From positions 35,588,001 through 35,652,000 of the forward strand of contig OX597826.1 in assembly GCA_951406725.2 (NCBI GenBank): 64,000 nt of DNA, given 5' to 3'. The notes under the pieces are model-generated. The model was given only the letters and a program-made list of their open reading frames with translations. It did not search any database and was not told the origin of the DNA. Below, piece after piece: positions 11,997 to 25,974 of this stretch. The position numbers were made by a program, and so were the translations under genes. Numbering within the stretch: the stretch's first letter is position 1; each line of letters starts with the position of its first letter. The stretch comes from Octopus vulgaris. Its lineage: Eukaryota.

Positions 11997-12550
11997 AACC
12001 ATCTCTTGCACGAATGCAGTAAGCTAGCACAAAAGAGTATAAGTGCAGGCATGTACAAGAGTGCACAGGGATTTAAGCTGATTGTATGTATTCAAAGTAA
12101 CAGAAAAGTGTTATGAACATGAGTGAGAGGCTGTGATAAAGAAAAATATTTACAGGATCTTATGGGATTTGCTGATAAAGATCATATTATTGAAGAAGAC
12201 CAGATATGAATGTAGAAAACAAAAGAAACATAGAGAATAAGATTACAAACTTTGAAATACCTTATGATAAAAGAATGGCTACTAAAGACAGTTGAGAAAA
12301 TATTTTGACCTGAGAGAGAGTTAAAGAGAATGTGGAAGACTAAGCAGACAATGATTCTTGTGGTATTTAAAGCACATGACACAACAGCCAAAATACCATT
12401 TAAGAAGCTGAAAGATATTGCAGTTGAGACTTGCATTGCCAACCTGTAGAAAAGTAGAATCCTGTATTCAGCAAGAATCTTAAGAAAGATTCTTGAGATT
12501 GGAGGAGACGTGTTGCTATCAACCCTCAAGACAACATCCCTGCTAATATC
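11997..12550 (+). mobile_element. Decayed 3' fragment of an RLE-type non-LTR retrotransposon (R4/Dong-like)
   Basis: With frameshifts it translates to NHLLHECSKLAQK..., ILWD, RRPD, RELKRMWK, ETCIANL*KSRILYSARILRKILEI: a zinc-knuckle end plus restriction-like endonuclease C-terminus. Confidence 0.85.
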
Positions 12551-15169
12551 ATATGTAATAATTTTAGTGATAATTATCATAATCATAGTTTAAAATTCTT
12601 GCACAAGGCTAGCAACTACACAATAAAGGAAATTTTCGGTCACATGGTTCTCAGTACTTGAAATCATCTTATTTTAATACGTCTTTGGAAACACAAAGTA
12701 AGCAGATGATTTGCCAAGGGAAGTGACAAAAACGACACATATGCATGCATACACACAGGCACATGCATGCATACACACACGCAATGCACATGATGAATGC
12801 CTTTAAGTTTCTGTCTACCAAATTCATTCACAAGGCTTTAGTCAGCCAAAGATGCAATTTGAACGCAAGCTACTTAACTACACATCCACGCCTGCACCTA
12901 TGTGTGTGTGTGTTTATACACACACACACATATAACTTAAAAGTGGATTCTGCATTCGAACACACAATACAGCAATAATTATCATGATAGAAACTCATAT
13001 GGTTACTTGGTTACTGCTATTTCCACTAGTTTAGTATCTACCATTGACAAGGCCAAAAGAAGCTGGTATCACATGATCTAGTAGTCCTGACTGTGGAAGC
13101 AGCAGTGATTGTTCCTGGCAATATCTATGATGTGCTTTAATGCACTGGAAAACTATAGGAGAGTTTCTCTCATGATAAATATTGCAGTATTGTGTGTTCT
13201 AACACAACAACCACTTTTGAGTGGAGATAAATTTTACCTGTTTTATAAATACCCCTCTCCTCTCTCTCTCTTTCTTTGTATAAATATATATATACACACA
13301 CGAATATATATATTTATATCTATTTATCTATATGTATTTTATGTATCTATATGTATTTTATGTATTTCTGTTCATAATGATTGTTCTATCAGTTTCAATG
13401 TTGAGTATTTATTTATTTAGTCAATTAAACTAGCTACTCATTAAATCAATTTGTAAGTGGCTGAGTACACCATAGATATATACAGCCTTAGCATAACTTC
13501 ACAGGATTAATCAATGTGTCAAAATATGTGACAAAGCTAAACCAGAGCTAAAAATAAAAGAAAACAAATTAAAATATAGACGGAATCTCATTCATTTAAG
13601 ATTTGTGCTGAGAAAGCTAGCTACATAACCAACTACTCCAATAGTTACTGCTATACACCTAAAGTTATAGCTCTGTTACCATATCTGGACACCTTAGATT
13701 AGTTTGAGGCTGTTAGTTTCGTAACCAGGTACCCAATAATTATAAATTTAAAGTGGAGTCTTGAGACACCCTAGATTGGTTCATTAGAGACAGAATGTTG
13801 CTTTCCTTTCTTTTATCGTTAATATTATTTTAACATTTGCTGGGCAACTGATTTACATTGCTGTAGATATCTGCTCGTCTCTGTCTGAGTTCATTATCTT
13901 TGGTCTATGTTATATAAGTATGTATATAGGAATGAATACATACGCATGCATGTATGTGTATGTACCAAATATGATGTTGCAAAATTGTATGTATGCATGT
14001 GTGTGTGTATGTTTACAGCTGTTTGCATATGGATATGTGTGTGTGTATTATGTATGTGTGTATTACATATGTGTAAATATATGTTTATGTATGTGTGTGT
14101 GTGTGTAAATGTGTGTATGTATGTGCATGATGTATATATATGTGTCAAATATGTATACAAATATATATGCAAATATGTATGTATGAATGTATGTAAGCAT
14201 GTATATATATATATGTATGCCTATGTGTATTTGTTTATACATTTATTTACAATCATATCCCGCCCCCACCACCTAATAAACTGAAGTCATCGTGACTAAA
14301 ACAATTTTATGTAGTAGATTAACGGCTGACACCTGATGTGTTCAATGTTTCTACATGTCTTCAATTGATTTGGAAATATGTCTAACTGGAACTAAGATTG
14401 TCAGAAACCATGATCTCTTGTCTGACCTTTTATCAACTTTTCTCCATTGGATATTTCAAAAGTCTTTTCAGATCCTGAAAGATGATTCTAACAACTACAT
14501 TGTTATTAGGTCTCCTTCCAATATAATTTCTCATTCAAAGCAGTATTTACTTCTCCATTGTGACAAGTATGTCTCTGCAAACATTTTAGTAAGAATATAT
14601 GCAATGCTATTAATTTACTTATCTGAGTAGTATTGTTTGCCAGGAAAGCTGTAGTTTACCAAATATGATGTTGCAAAATTGGTTAAGCTCCTTCTGAAAT
14701 GAGTCTTCAAATCAAGTTCAGTTCTTGATCTTAACCATTTTCACTGATTCTACAGATGCTTTTACTAAAGGTATTAAAGTTAAGATGCTAATTATTATTC
14801 ATATTGAAATTAATGGAATGAATCCCTTGTTTACAAACGACTCTGGTTGTTATAATTTCAGTAAGTGATTATATATTTGGGAAAATAGGCAATACATAAA
14901 TACCTTTTAGAATATATTCAGGGAGTTGTAAAATAATGATTCCGAATAATTTGCTTCTTCAGTCCCCTTTCAGTGCTGGTTTCACATTAAAAGCACTGGT
15001 GCTAGTGTCATGTAAAAAAGCATTTGTGCTAGGGCCACATAAAAAGCATTGGTGATGTGTCACATAAAAAAACAAGAGTGCTGCAGCTATGTCCAGAGCA
15101 CTGGTGATTGTGTCACATAAAAGGCATTGGTGCTTATTATTATTGTTATTATCATCATTGTTATAGACA

Positions 15170-15658
15170 TGGCACAGTATACAATATCGTGAGGTTGTTG
15201 ATTGAAGATATTGTGTCTACCAGGGGTTTGTACAGTCTCTCAAGTCACAAGGACCTCAGAGAGACAGTACTTTATGCAATATGTGTGCAGTTCCAAGTAA
15301 TGCTGACTTTTGCAACACAGCTAGATTGTAGAGTATTTCTAAAGTTTTCACATGTTTTCTTTTTTTGGATTGGGTGGTATTGAACCCAATATTCTGTTGA
15401 CAATAGGGATAGCCTCTATGTTCGACTCTCACAGCTGCCACATCTTAGCAATCTCAATTCTCAGGTCTCCATATTTATCAACTTTTTCTCTTTCTTTCAT
15501 GGTGATATGTTGATCTCCTGGCATGCTATGTCAATTATTATCCCTCCTAAAGGCTACTATGTCTGGCCTTCGGTGCTCTGACACTTTGTCTGTCGGGAAA
15601 TCAAAGTCCCAGAAGATTTTTGCCTTCCCCATTTCATCCATTACCTTTTCTGGTGTAT
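15170..15658 (-). mobile_element. Second R4/Dong-like RLE 3' fragment
   Basis: TPEKVMDEMGKAKIFWDFDFPTDKVSEHRRPDIV...KEREKVDKYGDLRIEIAKMW...LQKSALLGTAHILHKVL; flanked by (AAT)n. Confidence 0.9.
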
Positions 15659-15703
15659 TATCATTATTACTATTATAATTATTATTATTTTTGTTATTAT
15701 TAT

Positions 15704-15897
15704 TATTCAGTAGTTTTATTCTTACCACGTACTTTCACTACACTACTGAGCGCAGCTTTGTGCGCCTTGGGTATGTGCTGTGGTTTGCTGTGATGCTCTT
15801 ATGCTTACTGTATTGAAAGTGTTTTACATAGAATGTGTACTGTGCCTAGTAATGCTATTTTCTCTATGTTGTATATATTTGTAAGTCCTAGTGTTGG
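15704..15897 (-). mobile_element. Third R4/Dong-like 3' end with UTR running into (AAT)n
   Basis: GLTNIYNIEKIALLGTVHILCKTLSIQ* followed by a 3' UTR and an AAT run. Confidence 0.8.
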
Positions 15898-15899
15898 AT

Positions 15900-16091
15900 T
15901 CACCTATCCTCAGCCATCAGGGGACTTGCTCATCTGGTTAAGGTCAAGCAGATGACTAGCAAATCTGTTGTATGGAACAGAAAAAGTACTGTAGCCCATC
16001 TTTTCACCATGACAAAACAAGTACATGATAAGATATCCAATTAGTTAAGAGAAGAACCAATGAGAGTCACGGTCAGGTACTGTATCAGGCC

Positions 16092-16092
<1 letters not shown>
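15900..16092. repeat. Unclassified interspersed repeat, reverse-complement homologue of part of 24790-25123
   Basis: gtagcccatcttttcaccatgacaaaacaagtacatgataa matches the reverse complement of the 24850-24900 segment. Confidence 0.65.
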
Positions 16093-16122
<30 letters not shown>

Positions 16123-16312
16123 GTTTGACTTTTGCTTTGTATTTGTTCTAGTTGGCTCTAAGTCTCACCCAGAGACCTCAAGAGACAAGTTAGAAATTCA
16201 TGTTGGTGTTATGCCTAGGGTGTCATATATTTGGTTTTGCACATAGTATTGTTCTAGAGAATATTTAAGAAACCATAAGAAAATTATAAGTTCTTATTAT
16301 TATTACTATTAT

Positions 16313-16530
16313 GGAAGGCAGCAAGCTGGCAGAATAGTTAGCACACCGTACAAAATGCTTAGCAGTATTTTGTCTCTCGATGCATTCTTAGTTCAAGTTC
16401 TGCCAAGGTCGACTTTGCCTTTCATTCTTTTGGGGTCGATGAATTAAGAACTAGCCAAGTACTGGATTAGATGTAATAGACTATCCCTCGCCCCACAAAT
16501 TAGGTCTTGTGCCTATAGTACAAAGGATTA
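16313..16530 (+). mobile_element. SINE family A, tail type i
   Basis: Full head to tail, flanked by (ATT)n. Confidence 0.85.
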
Positions 16531-16570
16531 TTAATATTGTTATTATTATTATTATTACTATTATTATTAT

Positions 16571-17178
16571 CCCTTCCGCCTTACAGAAGGTGAAGGTATT
16601 GTTTTCCGTTGTGTTGGTTTGTTTCTGCATTTGTCCATGGACAAGATATCTGAAGAACTGCTGGATGGATTCGGATGAAACTTTCAGGGATGTTTGGCCT
16701 CAGAACTGGTACAAACTGATTAGATTTGGGGATCGATCCAGTACCGGAAAAGGATTCTGGATTATTTGTTATATTTATATTTACTTTACTTTACATGATT
16801 ATGATCTTACATTCACTTTCAAGTCTTTCTCAATCATCTCCCTTTAGCTTGCAACTATTTTGAATGGTGAATTTAACATTGGCTTGTATTAGATAAGGAT
16901 AAACTATTTATTGCTGTTACTAAATTCTCTACAGCCACCTTCACATTCCATGGCAACCATTGGCATTGATCAGGTACCGGGCAAGGATTCTGGATTGTTT
17001 TTCCGTTCTTTTTTTAACTTAATTTTTCAGAGTGGTTGGGTTCGTTTTTAGTATTCTCATTTGTGAGAGCAGTCAAGTTTATTTCAGATATTCTCATTTT
17101 AAAAATCATCTCTAGTTAATTGCCAAGAGGACGTTTGTGTTGCCCTGGGGGAAGTTAGCTCTCTTTGAGTGCTCTTGA
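16571..17178 (+). mobile_element. Helentron-associated non-autonomous element (HINE/DINE-1-like)
   Basis: 5' cttccgcc..gaagg subterminal IR, gttt microsatellite, ggacaagatatct..ggatggatt..gatgaaactt core, 3' IR plus small gctctc..gagt hairpin. Confidence 0.7.
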
Positions 17179-17226
<48 letters not shown>

Positions 17227-20200
17227 TCTATTATAAGTTCAAATTTCAGTGAAATTTGAACTTTGCCTCTCATCCTTCCAAGATCAATTAATTCGAGTAC
17301 TTAGCAACTACCGAGACCATTAGTATTGACTAACTCACACATTTCATAATTGCTGGCTTTGTGCCTAAATTAGAAACATTTATTGTAACTATTGTGATTG
17401 TAGTAATTGTTGTTGTTGTTCTTCTTCTTGACAGTGGTATTACTTACAGGACTACTGTTACAAACTTGAGAACCTGCAGAAGATAAATAAGTTACTGGAT
17501 ACTTCTCAATATCCTAGATTTAATATGAGAACATGTCATATTTAGCAACGAGAAGATAGCCATTCACTGTGAACGTATTACTGATTAGCCAATATATTGC
17601 TCTCTGTATAAATTTCAAGTACAATAAATTTATTCCTTAAGGGAACCAAGAGATAATCTTTGCAGCTTGAGAATAAGAATATCACTAATGACTGCACATG
17701 CATGCATCTTTTAATATGCATATTTCTGCATGACTATGTGATAGACAGGAACATGTGTCAAGAAAGCTGTCGTATCTTATCAAAGTGTGTATGAATATAG
17801 ATACATGCATGCAAATGTACAAATACATATCTACATGTGTGTGTGTGTGTGTGTCTATATGCACATGTGTATGTGTGTGTACATATGAATGTATGTGTGC
17901 AAGCAGATTATTATTTACTTTTATTTCTAGGTTCCTTGCCAATAGAGAAAGAGTTGGTTTCTAACCTAGACCCGAAGTTCCTTCACTGAAATCTCAATAG
18001 TAGTAGCAGTGAAGTTGTGTGCATGCATGTGTGTATGTGTGTGTGTATGTGTGTGTGTGTATGTATGTATGTATGTATGTATGTATGTATGTATGTATGT
18101 ATGTATGTATGTATGTATGCATGTATGTTTATATGTATGCATACGTGTATGTGTGAGAGTGGTGAGTATGTGTGGCTGTGTTTGTATAAAAACATGTATG
18201 TATGTGTATATGCAAGCACTTTGTATGAGTGTTAGACCTTATTTTGTTTTATGCATGCGTACAAACAGTTACATATCCAGACTTGTGTATATATACATGT
18301 ATGCTAAAGTTTATGAAAGTTTTACATATTTTTACAGTTCCATTGATGACATAGATCTATAATCTTTTAACTAACTTTCTCCTTTCTGACAGGAAATTTT
18401 AGATGACTTGGTCAGTAGATACATGAGAGGCTGAAAGAAGGGTTACAGACTATAGAGCTAGGGATTAAGATGAATGCAGGGAATGGTGAACATGGCTGGA
18501 GATGTGGTCAGTGGGGAATCTCCATTTGAAGAGAGGTAAAGGAAAATAGAAGTGAATCAGGGATATGATGGTGACAGGTGAGAAAACATGCAAGGTGTGT
18601 GTATATATGTATTTGTATGTAAATATATTTCGCTGAAGTGTATACTGTTTCATAAGATTTGTATTAATCTGTTCGTCCAAATTGCAACATGACCTAATGA
18701 CACTTTATCAAACTGCTATCTTAACGAGCTTGTAAATGTGAAATTTAATTGATTACATAAGTTGGTCAAGTAGATATAATCATACCCTACACTACACATT
18801 GAGTACACTCTCTCTCCCTCTCTCTCTATCTCTTATTCCATTATTGCACACAAAATGTGTGTATGTGTATGTGTGCATCCATTTTCTCTACCTATTATTC
18901 CTGGCGAGATCAGTGGGTTAGAATCATCAGGCATCTCTTCTATACAGCCCCATCAAAAGCAACCACCATTACACTTTCTGTCTGAATTCTCAAGCCTGAC
19001 CAATGATGACTGAGTTTATTATCCAACCATCTCAATCTTCGTTCACCATAAAGTCTCCTACCAGTTGGCTTGGCTCAAGGAATTCATCTTGTAATCCTTT
19101 CCTGAAGTACTAGATCTGTCAACTGGCAGAGTAAATTTACCTGTATGTAAGAACATCATCATCATCATCACTACCACTGTCAACATCATCATCATTGTCA
19201 TTGTCATTTAACATCCATTTTCCCTGCTGGCATAGGTTGGACAGTGTGATGGGAGCTGGCAAGCCAGAGATCTGCACCAGGCTCCAAAAGACATGGTTCT
19301 ATGGCTGCATGCCCTTCCTAAAGCCAACCAATTTACATAATGTAGAGGGTTCTTTTTACGTGGCACCAATACAGATGTGTTATTTGTGGAACCAGCTTGG
19401 GTATTATTTACAAAGTGCCAGCACATGTATGAGAGTGCTTGAGCCTCCTTTAAACTGTGACACTTTTAAACTGACACACAAACTGCAAAAGACAAAATAA
19501 GAAAATATCTTTGGCAATAACAGATTTAATTATAAAAAAAAAATGAGCTGCTTTTTGGAATCAATGCAGATTAAACAGGGGGAAAAATAAGTGAAACAGC
19601 ATCAGTAAAATGATGTTTAAATATAAGAATATTTGAATATCTGGCATTTAACAAACTTGTACTATTTGTTCAAACATGAACAAAAAAAGTATATGAAGCT
19701 TAAATTAAGATTAACGAAAAGACTTAAATAGCATCTAATAATATCGGTTTTTGTATTTCTTTCTTGCATAGCAAACTGTTCTGTCACAAAAGTGAAAACA
19801 TTGTGGATACATTTTGTTCAATAAGCAAAAATTAATTACTGTGTGATAACATACAGAACAACAATACAAAATTTATGTCAAAATATTGTTCAATATTCAC
19901 AATATTTAGAGATGTTTTTGTGTGAGCATTTATTTAAAACTGTCTCAGTGAAATTGCTAAATGCAGAATGTCTGTTATAATTGTAGGTGTCTTTGTGTGT
20001 GTATGCATCATCATCATCATCATCATTGTCATCATCACTGTCATCATCATCATAGTTATCTTTGTCATCATCATATAACTGTCCTCATTCTCTAATGCTC
20101 GTTTTCCATGTTGGTACAGGTTGGGTAGTTCTGATAGGATCCAGCAAGCTGCAGGGCTGCTTTGAGCTCCAGTGTCTGTTTTGACCCACTGTCAATAGCT

Positions 20201-20759
20201 GGATGCCCTTCTTAATACCCATCCCTTTGCAGTGTGACTAGGTACCATTATTTTTGTGCCACTGGCACTAGTGATCTTGTCAAGTATATTACAAGATAGA
20301 AAAAGAACAAAGAAATGAGAAAAAGCCCTGATGACAAAGTGGCAGGGGAGTATTTGAGACTGGGGTTTAGCTTCTTTGGCAAATGTTGAGAGGTTTAAAG
20401 TATGATAGGGAGACAGGTAAAGATGTCTTGCTATAGAAGAAATACATAGCAAACCCACATTATATAAAGGTGGATAGGAATAACTGGGAAGAAGGTAAAG
20501 CTGGTAACAACAGGGTGCTGGGGCAAGCTGCCTAGGTACGAGAAGGTGAGCATAAAAGGGATAGAGACAGTGGATCAGAGGGAAAAGCAAGACAGGGGAT
20601 TATTATGAGAGTGTGAAGGGAAATAACAGATGTTTAGGGATGGAGGTAGTATCTGTGTGCAAATTTACAGCATAATTATAGTTAGATGCTTTACCATTCA
20701 AACATCCAGAAATTTAACTGACAAAAGCCTGGTACTTTCTTAGAAGTTTTCATCATCAT

Positions 20760-21215
20760 CAACATCATCATCATCATCATTTAACGTCCGTTTTCCATGC
20801 TGGCATGGGCTGGACGGTTCAACTGGGGTCTGAGAAGCCAGGAAGGTATATCAGGCCCCAATCTGATCTGGCAGTGTTTCTACAGCTGGATGCTCTTCCT
20901 AATGCCAACCATACCAAGAGTATAATGGATGCTTTTTATGTGCCACTGGCACAGGGGCCAGAGAAGCTGGCGTCGACCATGATTGGATGGTGCTTTTTAC
21001 ATGCCACCGGCATGGAGACCAGTCAAAGTGGCACTGGCGTCGGCCATGTTTGGATGGTAGTTTTTCATGCTACCGGCATGGGGGGTCCCAACTACAATTT
21101 CCATTTGATTTGATTTTGATGTTGATGTACTTGACTCAATAGGTCTCCTCAAGCATGGCACATACCCCCACGATCCAAGGTACTTTTGAGTGGGCTGGTT
21201 ATTCGACACAGGTGT
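20760..21215 (-). mobile_element. Repeat family D ((GAT)n-tailed, internal tandem modules)
   Basis: Homologous to 30130-30933; further partial copies at ~19190-19400, 41750-41902, 49906-50042, 53347-53760. Confidence 0.8.
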
Positions 21216-21654
21216 AGGTTCATCAGCACACTTGAATATCATATCAGAAGAGCTGCTAAATATCCTTAACTAATAGATTCAAACAAGTCATGTGACTCAA
21301 ATGGAATATTCTCAGGAACATTTACATACATGCAGATCCATGCACATATACACATAAATTTATAATTATGATGTGGATAATAATTTTGACTTGCATTTAT
21401 TTGAATCTATGTGTTACTCATTATTGAAGGCATGTTAAAATAGAATATGGGTGAAAAAAAAGACACAATAGGAAACTGGACATGATCCAGCAGTTCTTTC
21501 AAAGCCACTCACTTGATAATGTGCAGGTATGTTGTCTATGGTTAGATAACAGCAACTAACAGCTGTTATCAATGCACAGAAGCAATCATTGTGATTTCTG
21601 ATTGAAGCCAGTTCATTCCATCTTCTTGTCTGATAAATTTATATGCACACACTC

Positions 21655-21707
<53 letters not shown>

Positions 21708-21929
21708 AAAGTTTTAGAACAGCTTTTAGTAAATATGTTTGTGAGTTTCTGATTGTTTTTACAAATATGCTGTCAGCCAATTGGATTAAAGCTAATAATT
21801 GTTGTAAAAGTCCATTTGGGTGTGAGTAATGATGTTACTCACAATTATGTATTGCCATGTTTGTCAAATGTAAATGTGTATATATATATAGATATGTGTA
21901 TACATGTGTGTGCGTGCGTGTGTGTATAA

Positions 21930-22308
21930 TCTTTTTCTTTTATTTGTTTCAGTCATGTTGACTACAGCCATGCTGGAGCACTGCCTTTAGTCGAACACAT
22001 TGATGCCAGGACTTATTCTTTGTAAGCCTAGTATTTATTCTATCGGTCTCTTAGCCGAACCACTAAGTTACAGGGATGTAAACACACCAATGTTGGTTGT
22101 CAAGCAATGGTGGTGGGGACAAACACACATACACACAAACATATATATAAATATACGATGGGCTTCTTTCAGTTTCCATCTACCAAATCCATTCACAAGG
22201 CTTTGGTTGGCCTAAGGCTATAGTAGAAGACACTTGCCCAAGGTGCCATGCAGTGGGACTGAACCCAGAACCATGTAGTTGGTAAGCAAGATACTTGCCA
22301 CACAGCTA
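21930..22308 (-). mobile_element. SINE family B (tRNA-like head, internal TA/TG microsatellite, CR1-type tail)
   Basis: Homologous to 36681-37086. Confidence 0.9.
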
Positions 22309-22724
22309 CTAATATATATATATATATATATATATACACATGCTATATATATATATATATAGTAATAATCATAATGATAAAGGGTAAAATTAATTAATTA
22401 ACTAGTAATTAATAATTCCACCAAGTAGTATTCGGCATGTTAAAAGGACCATTTATCGGTAAACTTAAACAATATTTTATAATTATGAATATAATTATAA
22501 TTAGGATTCAGCAAAAATTTGCTTTACCACATATCAAACTTTAGAAATAGCAGCCAGAGAACCTTAGCTATTTCTTCTACTATAAGAAGAAACTCCCAGA
22601 CAATAAAATACTGAAAATAACCCACATAGACAGAGAGGAAAAATAACGAAATTCACTCAGTATTTGATTACCTGTGGATGGAGAGGGAATTGCCAACAGC
22701 ATGTGTGTAGCTACATTGCTGAAG

Positions 22725-22917
<193 letters not shown>

Positions 22918-23857
22918 CGTACACATATCTACATATATATTTACTCATAACTCTGGGCTATTGCTTGAAACACAAGCCAATATGCAGATAATTCAACCTT
23001 ATGATGTCATCTGCATTAATCAGTGGACATACAAGGTTAACAATGCAATTTCACATAGCAGTAGCCTATTATCTTCATCTTATTGTTACCCGAGAAACTG
23101 ATATCTGAACACAGTTCTATACTTTAAATAAATTTATGCATGATAATGTAATTGAGTTTATTAGATGTTCCTTTTAACTAACCTCACAATCTCTAACCTA
23201 ACCAGGAAGGTTAAAAGGGGATTTTGTGACATTTATGCCTTATCAAAGAGCCTAAGTAGCAGTGTACATTACAATAGGTCAAAAAGTCGACTTTCTGAAA
23301 AATTATTTATTACTTAATGCTATTCACCATTTCTTAACTTTAATATTATCATTATTTAACATTTTGAAAGAAACTGTCCCAAAACACTTGGAATTGTCAT
23401 AAGATACAAGCAACAGCTGATCTTAGAATTACTAATTGGTTTCCTTTGGTTATAGAATAACCATTCTTTATTTCTGACTGTGAGTCACAGACATATGAAG
23501 GCTGACATTCAATGAGCTGTCTTGTTTGGTACAGAATAGTTTCTTAATTAGGCACTTTTACTAATATACTTCATACAATCAATAGTGCTGAAATAAATTA
23601 CTGCTAAGGCAGTTTAACTTTGAAATAACCTAAATCTGGTTGCTGCCATTACAATGTTCTTTGCTGCTTTTTTCTTTTTTTTAATTATTTTTATTGTACA
23701 TCCACTACAACCTAACCTTGTTAACATGTTAGCATAACTGACAGGAAATCTCAACGAAATCTTACAAGAAATCTTGTTTGTGTTTGCTTCATTATTCTAA
23801 ATAGGACTTTTGTCACTGTATCAATCAAATCTATTATATCTTCTTCTTGATGATTAT

Positions 23858-23986
23858 GAGGAGGAGGGGGATAGGGAGGAGGAGGAGGAGGAGGAGGAGG
23901 AGGAGAAGAAGAAGAAGGAGGAGGAGGAGAAGAAGAAGAAGAAGAAGAAGAAGAAGAAGAAGAAGAAGAAGAAGAAGAAGAAGAAG
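23858..23986. repeat. (GAG)n/(GAA)n microsatellite
   Basis: Direct tandem run. Confidence 0.95.
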
Positions 23987-23987
23987 C

Positions 23988-24730
23988 CTTTCAACTAACA
24001 GCACAGGACTTGAAATTTGGTAGTGGGGGGGGAGATAAGTCGATTAAATCAACCCTCGTGTTTCGCTGGTACTTAATTTATTGACTCCCAAAAGGATAAA
24101 AGGCAAAGCTGACCTCAGCAGAATTTGAACTCAGATCATAAATCCCACTAAACACTTTACCTGGTGGTGCTAATGATTCTGCATGCCTGCCATCTTTTTA
24201 GTAATAATAATAATAGTTTCAAGTTTGGCACAAGGCTGGCAATTGCAAAGGAGGGAACAGATTGATTACATGGACCCTAGTATTAAACTGGTACTTATTT
24301 TATCGCCCCTTAAAGGATGAAAGGTAAAGTCAATTTTGGCAGAATCTAAAGTTAGAACATAAGGATGAGCAAAATGCTGCTAAGTGTTTTGCTCAGCATT
24401 TCAACAGTTCTGCCAACTTACTGCCTCAGTAGCAATGATGTCCACACCCATCGAAGATGATGTATGAGTTTTCAGCTTTTGCTGAACAACCTGCACAGGT
24501 GTTTCGTTTTAGAGGGATCGAATGTTCATGGTACACATTAGCTCACTCTCACCATCAAATCAACATTGTCTGAACAGGTGTGCCAAATGACAGGTGTCAA
24601 AGTGATCACAGAGTAACGTGAAAGGAAGTGTTTAGCACAAGAACACAACGCATCACTCAGTCAAGGAAGTGAAACCATGATCACAACATCATGAATGCAA
24701 CACCCCTCACCACTAAGCTATGCACCCTCA
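23988..24730 (-). mobile_element. SINE cluster: two family A copies followed by a CORE-like tRNA-headed SINE
   Basis: Similarity to family A and to the head of family C. Confidence 0.75.
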
Positions 24731-24789
24731 CAATAATAATAATAATAATAATAATAATGATAATAATAATAATAATAATAATAATAATA

Positions 24790-25123
24790 TTCCCTGCTTA
24801 TGCTGTACCAGGCATACGATTTCATGGCTTCTGATCTTAACTGATTGGAAGTGTTATCATGTGCATGTTTTGTCTTGGTATAAAAGATGGGCTACAGCAA
24901 ATATTCTGCTCAATACTATAGATTTGTTTGTCAGTTGTTTGACCTTAATCAGTTGAGCATGTCCCTTGGTGGCTGACGATATGTGCATCTCTGATCACGA
25001 GCAGAAGAAGTGGGGGAGCATCATAGCCTTGTGTTGAGAGAAATTCTTTGGGGTTTGAATAAGTCACCTCTGGAAACCTGGGTGATTCATTCAACATCCT
25101 TAAACAACCCTTATTCAGGGACC
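24790..25123. repeat. Unclassified interspersed repeat inserted in (AAT)n
   Basis: Second partial copy at 15900-16092. Confidence 0.6.
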
Positions 25124-25224
25124 TCATAATGATAATAATAATAATAATTATAATAATAATAATAATGTTAATAAGGCAGTGAGCTGGCAGAATTATAAGT
25201 CTATTGGTAAAAATCCTCATCATC

Positions 25225-25612
25225 ATCCAATGTTTTAAATCCAGGTTTTTTCCCTGTTATCAGGGGTGGCCAGATCTACCTAATGCCATAGCAACTGCCC
25301 TCACACCATATCACATGGTTTTGGGTGTCCTTTTTCAAACCAACCCCCCCCAATCTCCTCCTCCACCTTTTCTTCAGTCTACCTCACTTTCGTGCTCCGT
25401 TTACCTTAAATGCAATCACCCTCTTCAGAACACGCTCTTCATCCCTCCTCACTCCATTCTCCCTTGCCAATACCACCTCACTCCATTCACCCTTGCCAAC
25501 TATTACACCAATTCCTCCAACCCCAACATTCCCATCAAATCTTCAGTCCTCCTCTTATCAAACAGCTTCACCCCACACATTCCTCTCACCATTGCTTTCT
25601 TATGATTCGCAG
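25225..25612 (-). mobile_element. RTE-clade LINE 3' fragment inserted in a SINE A copy
   Basis: KAMVRGMCGVKLFDKRRTEDLMGMLGLEE..ARVNGVRWY..RRDEERVLKRVIAFKVNGARK*GRLKKRW, typical of an RTE C-terminus; (GAT) tail. Confidence 0.85.
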
Positions 25613-25782
25613 TATTCTTTTTAAGGTTCTTTAAGTTCTGTGTTCAAACCCTATCCAGTTCAGCTTTGCATTTTCATCCATCCAGGATTGAAAAAATAAA
25701 GTACCTGTCAGATTTTAGAGCCGATGCTATGAACAAACTTCTACCACTTAACATTGCTGCCCTTGGGCTTAAATCAGAAACA

Positions 25783-25826
<44 letters not shown>

Positions 25827-25974
25827 ATTATTATTATTATTATTGTCATCTGATGAGTCCCCCTCCACCAAAATTCCAGCCCTTGTGCTTATAACAGAAA
25901 TGATTATTATCATCATCATCATTATCATTCTGATTACCATCACTATCATCATCATTATTATTATTATTATTATT

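Noticed and set aside
13861-13882. Short matches to both arms of miR-993
   Set aside because: Too short and too close together to form a precursor hairpin
14560-14760. hAT transposase C-terminus on the minus strand (FATSYLV)
   Set aside because: One short motif with no supporting alignment
22397-22445. Possible hammerhead on the minus strand (ccgataa...gaat)
   Set aside because: Several core positions are wrong
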